Shown: in pieces, positions 37,201 through 50,290 of the stretch | Numbering within the stretch: the first letter of the stretch is position 1 | Layout: every line of letters begins with the position of its first letter | Assembly (NCBI GenBank): GCA_951406725.2 | Contig: OX597823.1 | Location: forward strand, 72,912,001 to 72,976,000 | Origin: Octopus vulgaris | Lineage: Eukaryota | Direction of reading: 5' to 3' | Length of the DNA stretch: 64,000 bases | The notes under the pieces: model-generated | Seen by the model: only the letters and a program-made list of their open reading frames with translations | What the model was told of the DNA's origin: nothing | The model's database searches: none | Program-made: the position numbers and the translations under genes

Positions 37201-39702
37201 AGCTAAAGTGAGCATGTGTAACTTTATATTTCTGTTAAAGTAGAGCAGACAAATTCCATTAAAACCACACAGTACCATTTTACATAAAATCAGTACACTT
37301 TAAAATGATGGCCCTTAATGTATTTTGATCATTATCGGATTCGTTCAGGCTGAAACTTCGGCCAATCAACGATATCATTTAAACCATTAATATCATCTTT
37401 CATCGCAAGACTGATAAAATCCAAGCTTATTCCGTGCTTATTAATGTTATATTGTACCTTGTGGCCATAAAAATATTACACATGTGATATATATATACAT
37501 CTCACTGAGGATAAACGTTGTATATCCCTTTCTACCCTCTGTTTCCATGTATCATGGTTTCTATTCTCTCTTTTGAAATGTTTTCAAGTACGGTTGAATT
37601 ATAACACTCCGTTTTCTGCGAGCATGTTTTGGTGCATAAATCCAAGATATTAATCATGTGTCTTGGGCACTGAGAAACATATTTTTCGTGTAATCTTTCT
37701 TTTCCATTCTGAAAACAGGCTACGTTCCTGTTACAGAACTACATACTACATTGACTTAATATTTACCTTTATTTCCGTTGGATTCCTAATAGCGATACAA
37801 CACAGAAAAAATAATACCCTTCTTTGACTCAGAATTTCAGTTGGTTCCAACCGTTTCGTTACAAGGTTTGATTGTCTGATATTTGTGATATTCAGCAGAA
37901 CAGTCGATTGTGGTATTGATATTTTTAACTTATCATCATTGATCATAAAATGTCTAGTATTGATTTTATAACATTTCATCACGAAGACAATTGGTTCCAA
38001 CAAAAAAATAAAAAGAATATAATTTCTTGAAATTTCTTCTTCCAAAAGCTATCTTGCGAATGCTACATCACGTTCAAATATTTGCAAGTTGTCTGCTTCG
38101 TATTATTTCATGGAATGAGAAGAGAATGCATTAGCTACAAAGCTGTCAGAAAAAGGGCAGGAAAGGGAAGATTACAAAACGAAATCTCTAGACTTTCTAT
38201 TAATATAACTGCTGCTAAAAATTATTTCCACACATATATGCGCGCGTGCACAAGTGTATATTAGTTTGTGTATATATAGGTGCATGTTTCACTAGGTATA
38301 TTGAGGTATATGCTCCTCTAGTCACTGATACCTGTTCAAGAGGAGTGTATAGAGTTTAGGTTGCTTTAAACTGCAAAGCATTCGAAGTATGAATTCTGAA
38401 AAAGAAAAGAGCAAATCATGCTCTAACGAGGAAGAGCTGCCCGAAACGTTTGCAGGAAAAATGCGAAGAACCTGATGAGTTGCGATCCAGACTCGAAAGG
38501 ATGTTTCAGCCTAGTGACTCATCCAACTGAGATTGAATGTTTTATGTACGTCAACAAAGTAGCTTTATTTGCTCAGCGATGATTAAAAATGAATTATGTC
38601 GACCCAAGGTGGATGTTAGTTGCCTTATTGTATGTAATGACATAGAGAGAAATATAAACACTTATAAATGTATGTAAATGTTTTGCCACTTACCTTTTAC
38701 TTGGACAGCGACCATGCTTGAGTATTGCTTTTATATTTTAATGGAAAAAAATTGGCCTCAATACATATTTTTAACTCTGGTCTTTTATCAGCAAAGTTAC
38801 GGCGACGTCATAAACAAACACTCACACACGCACACACACACACACACACACATATATGTATATAGACAGATATGCATGTATGTATATATATATTACTATT
38901 AAGGATAAGCAACAGAATGTCTCAACGCACGAACTCTCGGCCCTTGAGTCACTGTGTTGCATCTCATATATTAATAAAAATATACATTGAATCAACATAC
39001 TTCTATATGTGTGCGTGTTTATGTGTGTTGTGTGTGTGCACGCGCACCTGTGTGTTTGTACATACACAGATAGCTTCCACAAAGTTTCCATTTACCAAAT
39101 TCACCCACAAAGGGCGGTCAGCTATGGGCTATAGAAAACGATACTTGTCCAAGTTAGCATGCAGTATTCTACATATGTATCCTCGTGGCTGCTAAGCGAG
39201 CGACTTACAATAGTGGTGGAAAGTGAGAATGTGTACTGAACTCAGCATATATTGATGGATTATACTTTATCTTTCTGTAGACTTTGTATACATCCTCAGA
39301 TTTTTAAAATGCTCCACTTTCACAAGGAGGTAAAAGCATCTCCATTTTTATGCGGCAACGTGGGATTTCGCGTGAATTTAAATTTGGTTACGGGATATAA
39401 AATATCGACATAGAATATAGAGATAAGGGGAAGTAATTGTCTACACCCTAGACTAGGGTATTTGGCAGTGGTTGCTACACTTACACAAGTATTGATCTTT
39501 ATAAAGATAGTATATCAATACTTGTCCACCCATGCTCTTAGTAGTTGTAAATGAGATATCTGTGAGCCCATGAATGCATGTGTACCAAATGTGTATGTAT
39601 TGTTTCAGACAATTAAAATATATGGAAGAAATGAATATAATATACACGTGAAAATAAAATACGTGTTCATGTACTAAATAATTTGTAGGCTATTTACCAC
39701 AC

Positions 39703-39886
39703 AATGCTTAGCGGTATTTCGTCTGCCGCTACGTTCTGAGTTCAAATTCCGTCGAGGTCGACTTTGCCTTTCATGCTTTCGGGGGTCGATTAAATAAGTA
39801 TCAGTTACGCACTGAGGTCGAAATAATCGACATAATCCGTTTGTCCTCTCTGTGCTTAGCTCCTTGTGGGTAGTAAAGAAATAGGT
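39703..39886 (+). mobile_element. SINE family A fragment
   Basis: atgcttagcggtatttcgtctgccgctacgttctgagttcaaattcc...ctttgcctttcat. Confidence 0.75.
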
Positions 39887-40472
39887 AACTAGACAGTAAT
39901 TAGACTACGATTTTTATCTCCGTTCGAATATTGTAATTGTATATTTTATTACAAAATCCTTGTTTGAGTATTACACAGTGCATTAATAGAAAGGCAAAAC
40001 TTGAAACTGTGTTTACATTAAGTTACTGCAGCTTACATTCCGTTAACATAAAGTGTTCATTAATTACATTATGCAAATCATATAATCATGACCTGTAGAA
40101 AAATGCCACAGACATGTAACTTTTATACATAGCCTTGTTGGATTAAAAACTCGACAGAAATTTCCATTGCGAATAAGCGTAGTGGCTGTGGTAATATTCC
40201 ATTATATTGATGTTAGATAGAAGAAATTAACAAAGAAGAGAATGACAGGAGACATATCAGAGTTAAAATTTGACCAGAATGTCTGACAATATGTGTGGTG
40301 ATATTTAGATTAACCATTTTACGGGCCTTCATATTACATATCTTACTTTGATGCTCGTAAAGCTTGAAGCTGCCATAAAATTGCCGACGGATATATATTG
40401 ACTGCACAAATGAGTCATACATACGTCTATCTCCGCAAACATAAAGACACATTAACAATTTAGGTATGTTCG

Positions 40473-40513
<41 letters not shown>

Positions 40514-40519
<6 letters not shown>

Positions 40520-40645
40520 TATATAGAAGGAGCTTCTACAGGACTAGTACTGTTTCATTCAAGAGAAATCTTCAGGAAGCTTCCTGAAGATTTCTCTTGA
40601 ATGAAACAGTACTAGTCCTGTAGAAGCTCCTTCTATATAATAAAT
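40514..40645. repeat. Perfect 132-bp palindrome with no spacer
   Basis: Arms 40514-40579 and 40580-40645 are exact reverse complements, centred on gaag|cttc, with (AT)n on both sides. Confidence 0.97.
40578..40628 (+). ncRNA. Type I hammerhead (mirror copy on - at 40531-40581)
   Basis: agcttc-CUGAAGA-tttc[tctt]gaat-GAAA-cag[tactagtc]ctg-UA-gaagct. Helix I 6 bp, helix III cag/ctg, GUA triplet, U.U closing helix II. Confidence 0.7.
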
Positions 40646-40711
40646 TAATTTTACTCTGCTATGTATTGAGTACCTTACTTACTGTGGTTAACCCCGAATC
40701 AACCCGGGACC

Positions 40712-40761
<50 letters not shown>

Positions 40762-40782
40762 TATATTTATACATATATATAC

Positions 40783-40834
<52 letters not shown>

Positions 40835-40850
40835 ATATACATATATATAT

Positions 40851-40893
<43 letters not shown>

Positions 40894-40904
40894 TTTAAAT
40901 ATAC

Positions 40905-40947
<43 letters not shown>

Positions 40948-41542
40948 TGCGTGTATGTATATAAGCAAAAATGCTAGTTCTAAAATCTCTTTCATAGATT
41001 AGCACAGTAGTTGTACTAACAAGTAACGTTCGTAGCCACTTCAACATGGATGTTCCTTCGCAGTCAAATCCGTTCGAGCGGACAGCCATGTTGAAGTAGC
41101 AAATCTACTCATCCACGACGGAGGCATTAAATGACGGTTGGAAGTCATAACGCATTATGTATTGAGAAATGTGTGAATGGACTTGATAGATTACTGGGTG
41201 ATGTCTTAGAGAGATCACATTACTGTTGGTGATGCAGCATTCTATTGCAGTTATATGACATGTGTTTGCGACTAAGTGACATGTGATGACGATTCACTCC
41301 AGAACAGAAATATGGGTTCCCAGCCTGTGTATCATGAATGGTTATTTGAACCACTCTTAACGAAAGCCAGAGCTTCCTTCGACCATTACATAAAAAGTAT
41401 TAAGAACTAAACGTTATTTAGATATACTTTTATTTTAGCTGTTTACACTATTTTACGCTTGTTTATTCATTTATGCATTCAAAGTTAACAAATTTTCCTT
41501 ATCTAAATTATGAATCATATTTCTTTCGATAATATCAATGTG

Positions 41543-41801
41543 GTTCTATATTTAAGAGATGAGGAATTATCTTCATTATTTACATTATTTACATTTGACA
41601 GATATTTGTCCTCATCTTTTTTTGTGTTTGTGACAACGTTTCGGTTGATATACCCTCCAGCTTTCATCAGGTGCCTTGGGGAAATTTCGAACCTGAGTTC
41701 TCTTTCCTAAGGTAACTTTCGATGTCATTATTATTTTTCAGGGCACTGCCTGGAATCGAACTTGGAATATTGGGGTTAGTAGCCCGCGCCCTTAACCACT
41801 A
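41543..41801 (-). mobile_element. tRNA-headed short element carrying a hammerhead-like core
   Basis: Minus strand agtggttaagggcgcgggctactaacccc...AGTTCGATTCCaggc (tRNA-like head with B-box), then CUGAUGA-aagctg...caacc-GAAA-cgtt at 41633-41670 and an AT-rich tail. Confidence 0.6.
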
Positions 41802-42001
41802 TGAAAAATGCCTTAGGAATGAGAACCCAATTAAAAATATTCACCGCCGATATCAACAATTGTAACATCTTACTTCGAGTGTAAATACTCGAACGCTTTT
41901 GCTCATATATATATATTGCACCATGTGGACCGGCTAGGCGCACAATTACGCATAACATTGGTAGATTCATAACGTGACGGACTTAGAATTTGTACCAGCG
42001 G

Positions 42002-42058
42002 TTCATACTGAAGAAGTTTGCGGCCCTGTGGCCCGAACCCGAAAACATGGTATATAAG
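42002..42058 (+). ncRNA. Degenerate type I hammerhead motif
   Basis: ttcata-CUGAAGA-agtttgcggcc[ctgt]ggcccgaaccc-GAAA-acatgg-UA-tataag, with several broken pairs. Confidence 0.45.
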
Positions 42059-42168
42059 TATCTGAGTGGCATATTTTTTTAAAGGTATGTATTTTTAATG
42101 TCTTATCACAGCAGATGATATTAACAATAGTAACATCTTACTTAGAGTGTAAATACTCGAATGTTGTT

Positions 42169-42208
<40 letters not shown>

Positions 42209-42209
42209 G

Positions 42210-42338
42210 AGGGGATTCTTTCGGTTAGCGTCTACCAAATCCATTCACAAGGCACTCACAATGTGCCACGGGGTGGGACTGAACCCAAAACCATGTGGTT
42301 AGGAAGCAAGCTTCTTAGCACACAACCACGCCCGTGCC
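42210..42338 (-). mobile_element. SINE family B head fragment
   Basis: gtggttgtgtgctaagaagcttgcttcctaaccacatgg...gggttcagtccca matches the head of 55122-55524. Confidence 0.65.
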
Positions 42339-42489
42339 TTATATGCATATATATATATATGTGTGTGTGTGTTTGTGTGTGTGTTTGTGTGTGTGTATCT
42401 GTGTGTGTGTATGTATACATACGGACGTACCTACATACACACATACATACATACATACATGCATATCTTATAATAGCAAAAACCACTTT

Positions 42490-43465
42490 TCACTAAAGAA
42501 TAATACAGACGAATAAAGAAAATTTGGACTCCAGAACTCTGTGTATTCAATAAACCAATGCCCCACAATGTGCTTGCAGTGTCAGTACTCATACCAACAT
42601 ATGGGCTGCTTGACTGGACGTATGATGAAATGAGCCATTGAAGTGAAAACCCGAAAAATACTAACAAGCACACATAATTTCCACATCAATGTCTATCGAG
42701 GAACTCTAGCCGAATTACTGCCTCCACTTTGAGGGGGTAGTATTTACAATCCTGGTACAGGAAATATCAACCAAATACCTGATGCAAAAAAGGGATAGAA
42801 ATGAAAGAAAATCAGTAAAAATGTGACAACCTATGCAGATTTTGTGGATTTAACACCGAAAATATCACCCACATAAGCAGTTGTCCGTAAATTTCATCAC
42901 GGTATTTTCTACCGATGGCATATGATGTTGTAGCTGGGGCACTCTATAATGAAATCCATCGGAAGATGATCCCGAGGACCAAAATATAAGAACGCACAAT
43001 TTTGTAGAAGACATAGTCAAACATAATGACATAGGAGTACTAGTGGAATAGCCCAGTAAAGACCTCAATAAAATGTAAGCACAACAGACCTGATATAATG
43101 ATTTGGGATGAGAAGAGAAACGGTTTTTCAGTTGTGGAAATTAGCTGCCCAGCGGATGTTAACACAAAGCGGAAGATCAGGGAAATAAACAGAATACCTA
43201 CGCTGAAATCTGCAGTTATTCCATCCAGATTACAAGTTCAGATTTATACATATAACAATTGAGGTCCTGGGATATGTAGCACACTGCCTAAATACCAGAT
43301 TATACTTGTAGTTGTTGGGGTCTTGGGATATGTAACACACTGCCTAAATACCAATCTTGAGGAATTAGGTTGCTTAAAATCAGAAAGCAGAAAGCTAATT
43401 CGAAGACTACAGATCCAATCATTGGAACTGTAAAACTTTCCATAAGTTTATCATTTAAATAAATA
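42490..43465 (+). mobile_element. 3' fragment of an RLE-type non-LTR retrotransposon (R4/Dong-like)
   Basis: Decayed YRRIKKIWTPEL...NK...N.LAV.VL.PTYGLLDWT plus the RLE motif KCKHNRPDIMIWD...VVEISCP.D. Flanked by (ACAT)n tracts. Confidence 0.7.
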
Positions 43466-44247
43466 CGTGTATGTCTAGATAAGTAAATATGTGGATGGGA
43501 ATCCATACATACATACATACATGCATACATACATACATACATACATGCATACATACATACATACATACATACATACATACATACATACATACATACATAC
43601 ATACAGCATATATACATACATACATGCATACATATATACGACATACATACATACATACATACATACATACATACATACATACATACATAAATGCAAACAA
43701 AAATACTCCGTTGCTGATGTTGAAATTCTAATGAATTGTTAGAAACCGGCCCTTTTTCTATTGAATTAAAACTGAACAATGATGCATACTGACATACATA
43801 CATACATACGAGACTTACGGATGGTAAATAAGTGAACCAATTAGCAACTACTAGCAATGTTGTAAAGGACGATGTCCTCACAAGCGCGTGCCATTAAATA
43901 TTCACAAAGATTATTTGCGCTCTGAGATATTGTACTTTCTCGTCGGTTACCATGTGAATATATCAAAGATTGAAATATTTCAACGATAGAAAAAGTAAAT
44001 GTTTATAACGAACATTAAATTACAGTTGAATATGAAAGGTTAAAATTATCTTATGATGATTTTAATTACTCCATACGCATTCCAATGCGATTTTTTAGGC
44101 TTGTGATGACATCTCCCCTTCCAAGTATCTCTTACTTTTTAAAAAGAAAATTTTCGATATCCATTTTTATTGAAAAAAGAAAAAAGATGGTAGCAACAGT
44201 GCAGAAATATCTTAAAATATGGTATATATTCCTGAAATTAACTCCAA

Positions 44248-44285
44248 CTACTAACACCACCACCACCACCACCACCACCACTACA

Positions 44286-44346
<61 letters not shown>
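44248..44346. repeat. (ACC)n/(ACT)n trinucleotide repeat
   Basis: Seen directly. Confidence 0.95.
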
Positions 44347-44609
44347 TATCTACGGTGCATCAGAGCTCGAATCTGAACTGACGATGATAACAATTACGAA
44401 TGAAAGTTATGTTTTTGTTGCCGGCTCTATTGAATCTATTGAAATGCTTATTCAAGAGAAGAGAAACACTGCTTTTTTTTATCAGAATAATGCAGCAATA
44501 TTTCGAAAACATTGTCATAGAAAACCCTTGTGGGAGAACACTGCATATATACTTCAGTTGGCAAGAATCAAACATCAGTTTTATAATTATGTCAGTATGA
44601 TTGGTTGTT

Positions 44610-44698
44610 TTCTTCTTCTTCTTCTTCTTCTTCTTCTTCTTCTTCTTCTTCTTCTTCTTCTTCTTCTTCTTCTTCTTCTTCTTCTTCTTCTTCTTCTT
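44610..44698. repeat. (CTT)n trinucleotide repeat
   Basis: Seen directly. Confidence 0.95.
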
Positions 44699-44984
44699 TT
44701 TCTTTCAATCAGGACTCACGCCATTAGCCACAAAAAATCTCTAATTCGAGCCTGTTCTATGCTACTAAGAATGCGTGTGGCAACTTGAAGAGCAACTCAC
44801 CACACGCGATAGACTGGCGGTTGCACGGGTGCGAAAACTACGTTATTATCCTCATTCCGTAAACAGTGGCTTTTAACGGGTGGAGAGCTGAACCATCCTG
44901 GGGTACAGAGGATTCTCAATCTATACTAGGGTCTGAAAGTGTACCACACCATAGTGGGTTACACATGCTTTGTGGCAGAAGCAG

Positions 44985-45173
44985 GAAGAAAGAGTGAGAA
45001 AAAGTTGTGGCGTAAGAGTACAGCCGGGTTCACCACCACCCCAACGCCGGAGTCTTTTGGAGCTTAGGTTTTTTTTGCTCAATAAACACTCATAATGCCC
45101 GGTTTGAGAATCGAAACCGCGTACCTACGACCGCGAGTCCGCTGCCCTCACCACTGGGCCATTGTGCATCCAC
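44985..45173 (-). mobile_element. SINE family C (5' part)
   Basis: Homologous to 12370-12557, with a tRNA-like head. Confidence 0.75.
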
Positions 45174-46271
45174 TTTGGTTCGCGTTGCCGATCAACTGAA
45201 TTGGATATCGTTGCAATTGGGTTATCTCTAATGCAGGTGCAGTTGAATTAATTTGTATTCATTGTTTACAATTCATCTTTCATATGAAATGTCGTATGAT
45301 ATATGCTAACTATACGGCGTTTGGGAATAAACTGATGACTGTACAAACGTTTATCGCAGAATATCTTGCCAAGGCACGATGATATATAAGAAATATTGAA
45401 ATTAATATAATCGCATCTCTTATGGGCTTAGTGATATAACAAAAAAAAGACGTCAACTTCAGTTTGGAGTAGGCATATTTTCTAGTTCTTAGATTTGGTA
45501 GTTCGCTTTTATTTTTTTGTTTTCTCACCATCATAGCCAAGGTTATGTTACATCAGTGTCTTCATTGCCGCTTGAGAAAACAATCTTTTTTATCTGCGGC
45601 ACTCAAGGTGCTTGAACACAATCTATAAATACTAGTAGGTTCTTATTAAAGGAAAAGAGAAATTATTAAGAAAAATAGCACGTGTGTTGTGTCCATGATT
45701 TCTCCAGTGTATTTGACAATACATGATCGGATCTATTGTTATTTCTTTGAATACTCTCCCATGTCGTGAATGAGTAAATCCTTTGCAATTCGCTGACCAA
45801 TTCCTTTTCACATAGTGTTTCCTATTACTTTTACAAAGCTTGCCAATATGCTGGTAAATTATGTGAATCTTTTGCTTTTGTATTCAATACCAGAATTAGG
45901 ACAATTCTCCACTAGAGTGTTCCTTGTTGTTTGTTCTTCAATCTTGCTGTGAATATCAATCATCTGTACACATGGTATTTGTAACATGACTTCTCTCACA
46001 TTCATTAGTGGCCAGTGTTATTTACTAACACTAGAGTTTCCTTTGTTATGAATGCGTGATTGAGGTCGTTAATGCCACATGTCACTTACTATTTACACAG
46101 TTGATGAATAGTGGTTTATTCAACGATGACTGTGGAGATACTCAGATATATTTACTCAGAAATGCAACGACGTCGAAATTGTTTCCACTGATAAACATAA
46201 CAGCACTGCTGAACACTTGCGAGCATATAATGATGAAAATATAAACATTTAATCGAAGCTGCTGAGATATA

Positions 46272-46825
46272 TTGTGGAGACGCGTGGCTTAGTGGTTAAG
46301 GTGTCAGCATCATGATCGTAAGTTTGTGGTTTCGATTCCTGGATTGGGTGAAGCGTTGTGTTTTTGAGCAATACACTTCATTTCACGTTGCTCCAGACCA
46401 CTCAGATGGGAAAAATGAGTAACGCTGTGATGGACTGGCTCCTGTCCAGCTGGGGAACACATACGCCATAGAAACCAGGAAATCGGGCCCATGAGCAATG
46501 GTCCAGTGGTTAGGGCAGCGGACTCGAGGTCGGAGGACCGCAGTTTCGATACCCAGACCGGGCGTTATGTGTGTTTATTGTGTTTATTGAGCGAAAACAC
46601 CTAAAAGCACCACGAGGCTCCGGCAGGGGGGGGGTAGCGACCCCTGTTGTACTCTTTCGCCACAACTTTTTCTCACTCTCTCTTCTTGCTTCTTGAGTAA
46701 CGCTGCGATGGACTGGCGTCCCATCCAGCTGGGGGGGGGGGGGGCATAGGCCATAGAAAACGGGAAACCGGGTCCAAGAGCCTTGCTAGGCTTGAAAAGG
46801 GCGAAAAGGATAAAAAAGAAACGGA
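46272..46825 (+). mobile_element. Head-to-tail dimer of family C-related SINEs
   Basis: Two tRNA-like heads (46273, 46496), each followed by gagtaacgctg.gatggactggc.cc..tccagctgggg (V-domain-like). Flanked by the 10-bp direct repeat ctgagatata. Confidence 0.75.
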
Positions 46826-47132
46826 CTGAGATATACTACAAAATTAAAACTTAAAATACTTGTATATATGAAGTGCATTGTGGGTTAAAATATGCAAGCA
46901 ACAATGCGGCGGATTTCAAATATTTTGAATCCTGTAAAGTATAAAATTTTGCACTCCGTTGATACGAGGCAATGTGTGCAGAAACATGATTATAATTTCG
47001 TGGAAAGATTTATGCCTCAGATTACGTTATTGCTGTGTTTCCTGGAGGTGTTTCATTTATAGCTTCTTCATTTCGCACATAAATATACATGCTCATACAT
47101 TTATGTGTTTATGATTATACACATACATATAC

Positions 47133-47181
<49 letters not shown>

Positions 47182-47428
47182 TACACGCACTCTCACACAC
47201 AGATGTGTAGATGTGCGAGGGAAATATGTATGAGATGTGGAGCAACAGCAAAAACAAAAGCAATTTCTAAATGAATGTCTCTATAAATTCCTCATATAAT
47301 TACTCCTACTTTGTTCAGGAAATATATTCTGATAAAAATTTAATGTCAATCTGGAGGTTGCTTTATCCGACCTTGAATTGCATTAGGCATTTTGCAAATA
47401 AACATGTTTTTCATAATTTAAATACATG

Positions 47429-47534
<106 letters not shown>

Positions 47535-47609
47535 TATATATATAGAGAGATAGATAGATAGATAGATAGATAGGTAAATGGATAGATATATAGATCGATA
47601 GATAGATAC

Positions 47610-47647
<38 letters not shown>

Positions 47648-47659
47648 AAATAGCTAGAT

Positions 47660-47743
<84 letters not shown>

Positions 47744-48032
47744 ATGTATGTATGTATGTATTTATATATTTAAATTCTCTTAATACTAAATCATATCTCT
47801 TTGTTTTAAAGATATAACTGGGTGAAATATTCAGAGGTAAAGCTGCTCATTAAAATTACAGTATAGAAAAATATGTAGCTTACGTTACATGCACTTATCA
47901 TGGGCCATTAAATGTAAAAGTAAATGAATATATGCATGTTTGGAAAAACTGATATATATGTATGTCAATATTTATATATGTATCCATGTATTTATTTATA
48001 TATGTATCCATGTATCCAAGTATTGATATTTC

Positions 48033-48099
<67 letters not shown>

Positions 48100-48204
48100 G
48101 TATATATATATATATATATTATATACACAATCATACAAACATACAAACTTACATACATACATACATATTTACATACATACACACATACATACATACATAC
48201 ATAC

Positions 48205-48492
48205 ATAAATGAAAGAATGGAGTCGAACGACGATTTAACAAAATTCCTTGATTCTCGACATAAGTTTCGAAGACTGCACATTCCTAATTCCCAAGGAATA
48301 AGGGGTGTATCATGCCGCCTTCTCATCAGGAAAGTCAAGGTACTTATGTCAGCATCATGACGAACTAAAACTTTTAGATGACTGCCCACGGACTCCGTGT
48401 GGGCACACGGAGTCCGTGGGCAGTCTTCGAAACATATGTCGAGAATCAAGGAATTTTGTTAAATCGTCGTTCGACTCCATTCTTTCATTTAT
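48205..48492. repeat. Inverted repeat (73-bp arms) with a nested 22-bp perfect hairpin
   Basis: 48205-48277 pairs with 48420-48492. gactgcccacggactccgtgtg-gg-cacacggagtccgtgggcagtc lies at 48380-48425. Confidence 0.92.
48246..48340 (-). ncRNA. Type I hammerhead ribozyme (predicted, canonical core)
   Basis: ccttgactttc-CUGAUGA-gaaggc[loop]gtcttc-GAAA-cttatg-UC-gagaatcaagg. Helix I 11 bp with one mismatch, G-C closed helix II, GUC triplet. Confidence 0.8.
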
Positions 48493-48669
48493 TTATAGTT
48501 AAAAAAACACACAAATTTCCACACGAAAGCACGTGATCTCTGCCCTTGGCATATAGCTTCAACCGTGTTTTCTGACGTGAATTTGCTACCCAGGTATCGA
48601 TTAACTGAATTATCCATACTAGGATAATTCATTCAACTACATACATACATACATACATACATACATACA

Positions 48670-48703
<34 letters not shown>

Positions 48704-48704
48704 C

Positions 48705-50290
48705 GTGATGGCTGTCTCATCGTTATCGAGTATGGCGTATAGCCCTCGCATGAGGCTTAAATGTTACTTCTGCTATGATCGGATGTGACATTTTAGCCCT
48801 GCTAAAGATTTAAAATATGTTGTACACAATTGGCTGCTAAAATCTTTACTGGCAATAGCCGACTGTAGTTGTCATTGGGCTTCATGTACCTTTGCATGTC
48901 GTTTAAGTCCTCCCGCCGAATTGCACTCCCTTCCATATGCCGACAGATATGATTAGTATGGTGTGTAGCACCACCACTAGCAGTCAATCATCGGCCTCAC
49001 TTTATGACTACGAAGATGACTCTTGAGTCTAGCTTTACTGAGGCAAGATCTTGCACATACACTGCATGTGTGGAGGGATGCCCCTCCTGAAATCCCTCCT
49101 TACTTTCTCATGCGTAGCTCGAGATTTCTCAAAAGTAGATGTCCCCTTATCTATATGTTCATCATTTTCCTTAATCCAATCTTGATGCATTATTTGTATC
49201 AATCCTAGAACTTTGTATCAATCCTAGAACCTGCCTATATCATAAACGGATTTTTTAAGGGTCGGCCAATCCTTCCCAATATCTGCAACATTCATTTCCA
49301 CTCGTAAATGTCTTGTGACACTATTACACCTAAGACGGATTTTACTTTTTGTGATTAATTTCACTTTTGCACGTACCAGGCGGTGGTCAGTCCAATACTC
49401 AGCCCCACGAAGAACACGAACACACTGCACATCTCGTCTGTCACGCACCCTAGCAAGATTGTAATCCAGAATATGCAGAGTGCATCCATGCACTTCTTAT
49501 ACTTATTCTGTTGTTGAAACATGTTATTGGTAACACACAGACGCAGCTCCTCGCACATCTGCAACAGAAGCATACCATTACTATTAACTTTCTCAACCCA
49601 TGCTTTCCAATTACAGTTCATGTGTTAAAATGCGTACCCACTCTTGCATTAAAGTCACCCAAAACGACGATTTTGTCTGCCCGAGGGATATTTCTTATAA
49701 CGACCTTCAAAGCGTGGTAGAAAGAAACTTTTTCGTCATCAGTAGAGCACATAGTTCAGCATACACACTCACCAAGGTCACATAATTTCCTTTAACCAAA
49801 GAATTCTCATGGACATAAAAGTCTCGTTAATCTCGACTGGGAATTCTTCCAACTTGTCCACAATAGTAGTCTTAACAGCAAATGCCACTCCAGCTTCTCC
49901 TCTAAACTCTTCATCTCTCCCTTTCCAAACGAATGTATATTTTCCACAAAATTCCCAAATTTGACCATTTCCAGCTAATCTCGTCTGAGATAAAGCAACG
50001 ATGTCAAGATCATAGAGTCGAAACTCCTTCGCAACAACAGCAGTCCTTCTTTCAGGATATTCTGACGACTCGCGGTCAAGTAGTGTCCTTACATTCCAAC
50101 AGCATGTATTCAATATTTTATTTGGTTCTATCACAGTAGCTCGATGACGGCCCGATTCAGACTGTGATGCTCTGGAGGCCCTGCCGGGCCAGATTCTTTC
50201 GTCTGAAGTGGTTCCACAGTCCTTACTGCCATTTATTTTTATACTGTTTTGGTACATCATGGATTATTTGCTTGTTAAGGCTACAGCCAG
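48705..50290 (-). mobile_element. Decayed RTE-clade LINE, 5' region (APE endonuclease into the start of RT)
   Basis: WNVRTLLD...ERRTAVVAKE...DIVALSQTR...GVAFAVK, ILGDFNARVG, NSNGMLLL..C, ILDY and WTDHRLV motifs spread across frameshifts. Confidence 0.88.

Noticed and set aside
38420-38515. Two HHR-like strings (ctaacgag...cgaaac and ctgatgag...cgaaag)
   Set aside because: Helices I and III cannot be formed convincingly; at best they are very old remnants.
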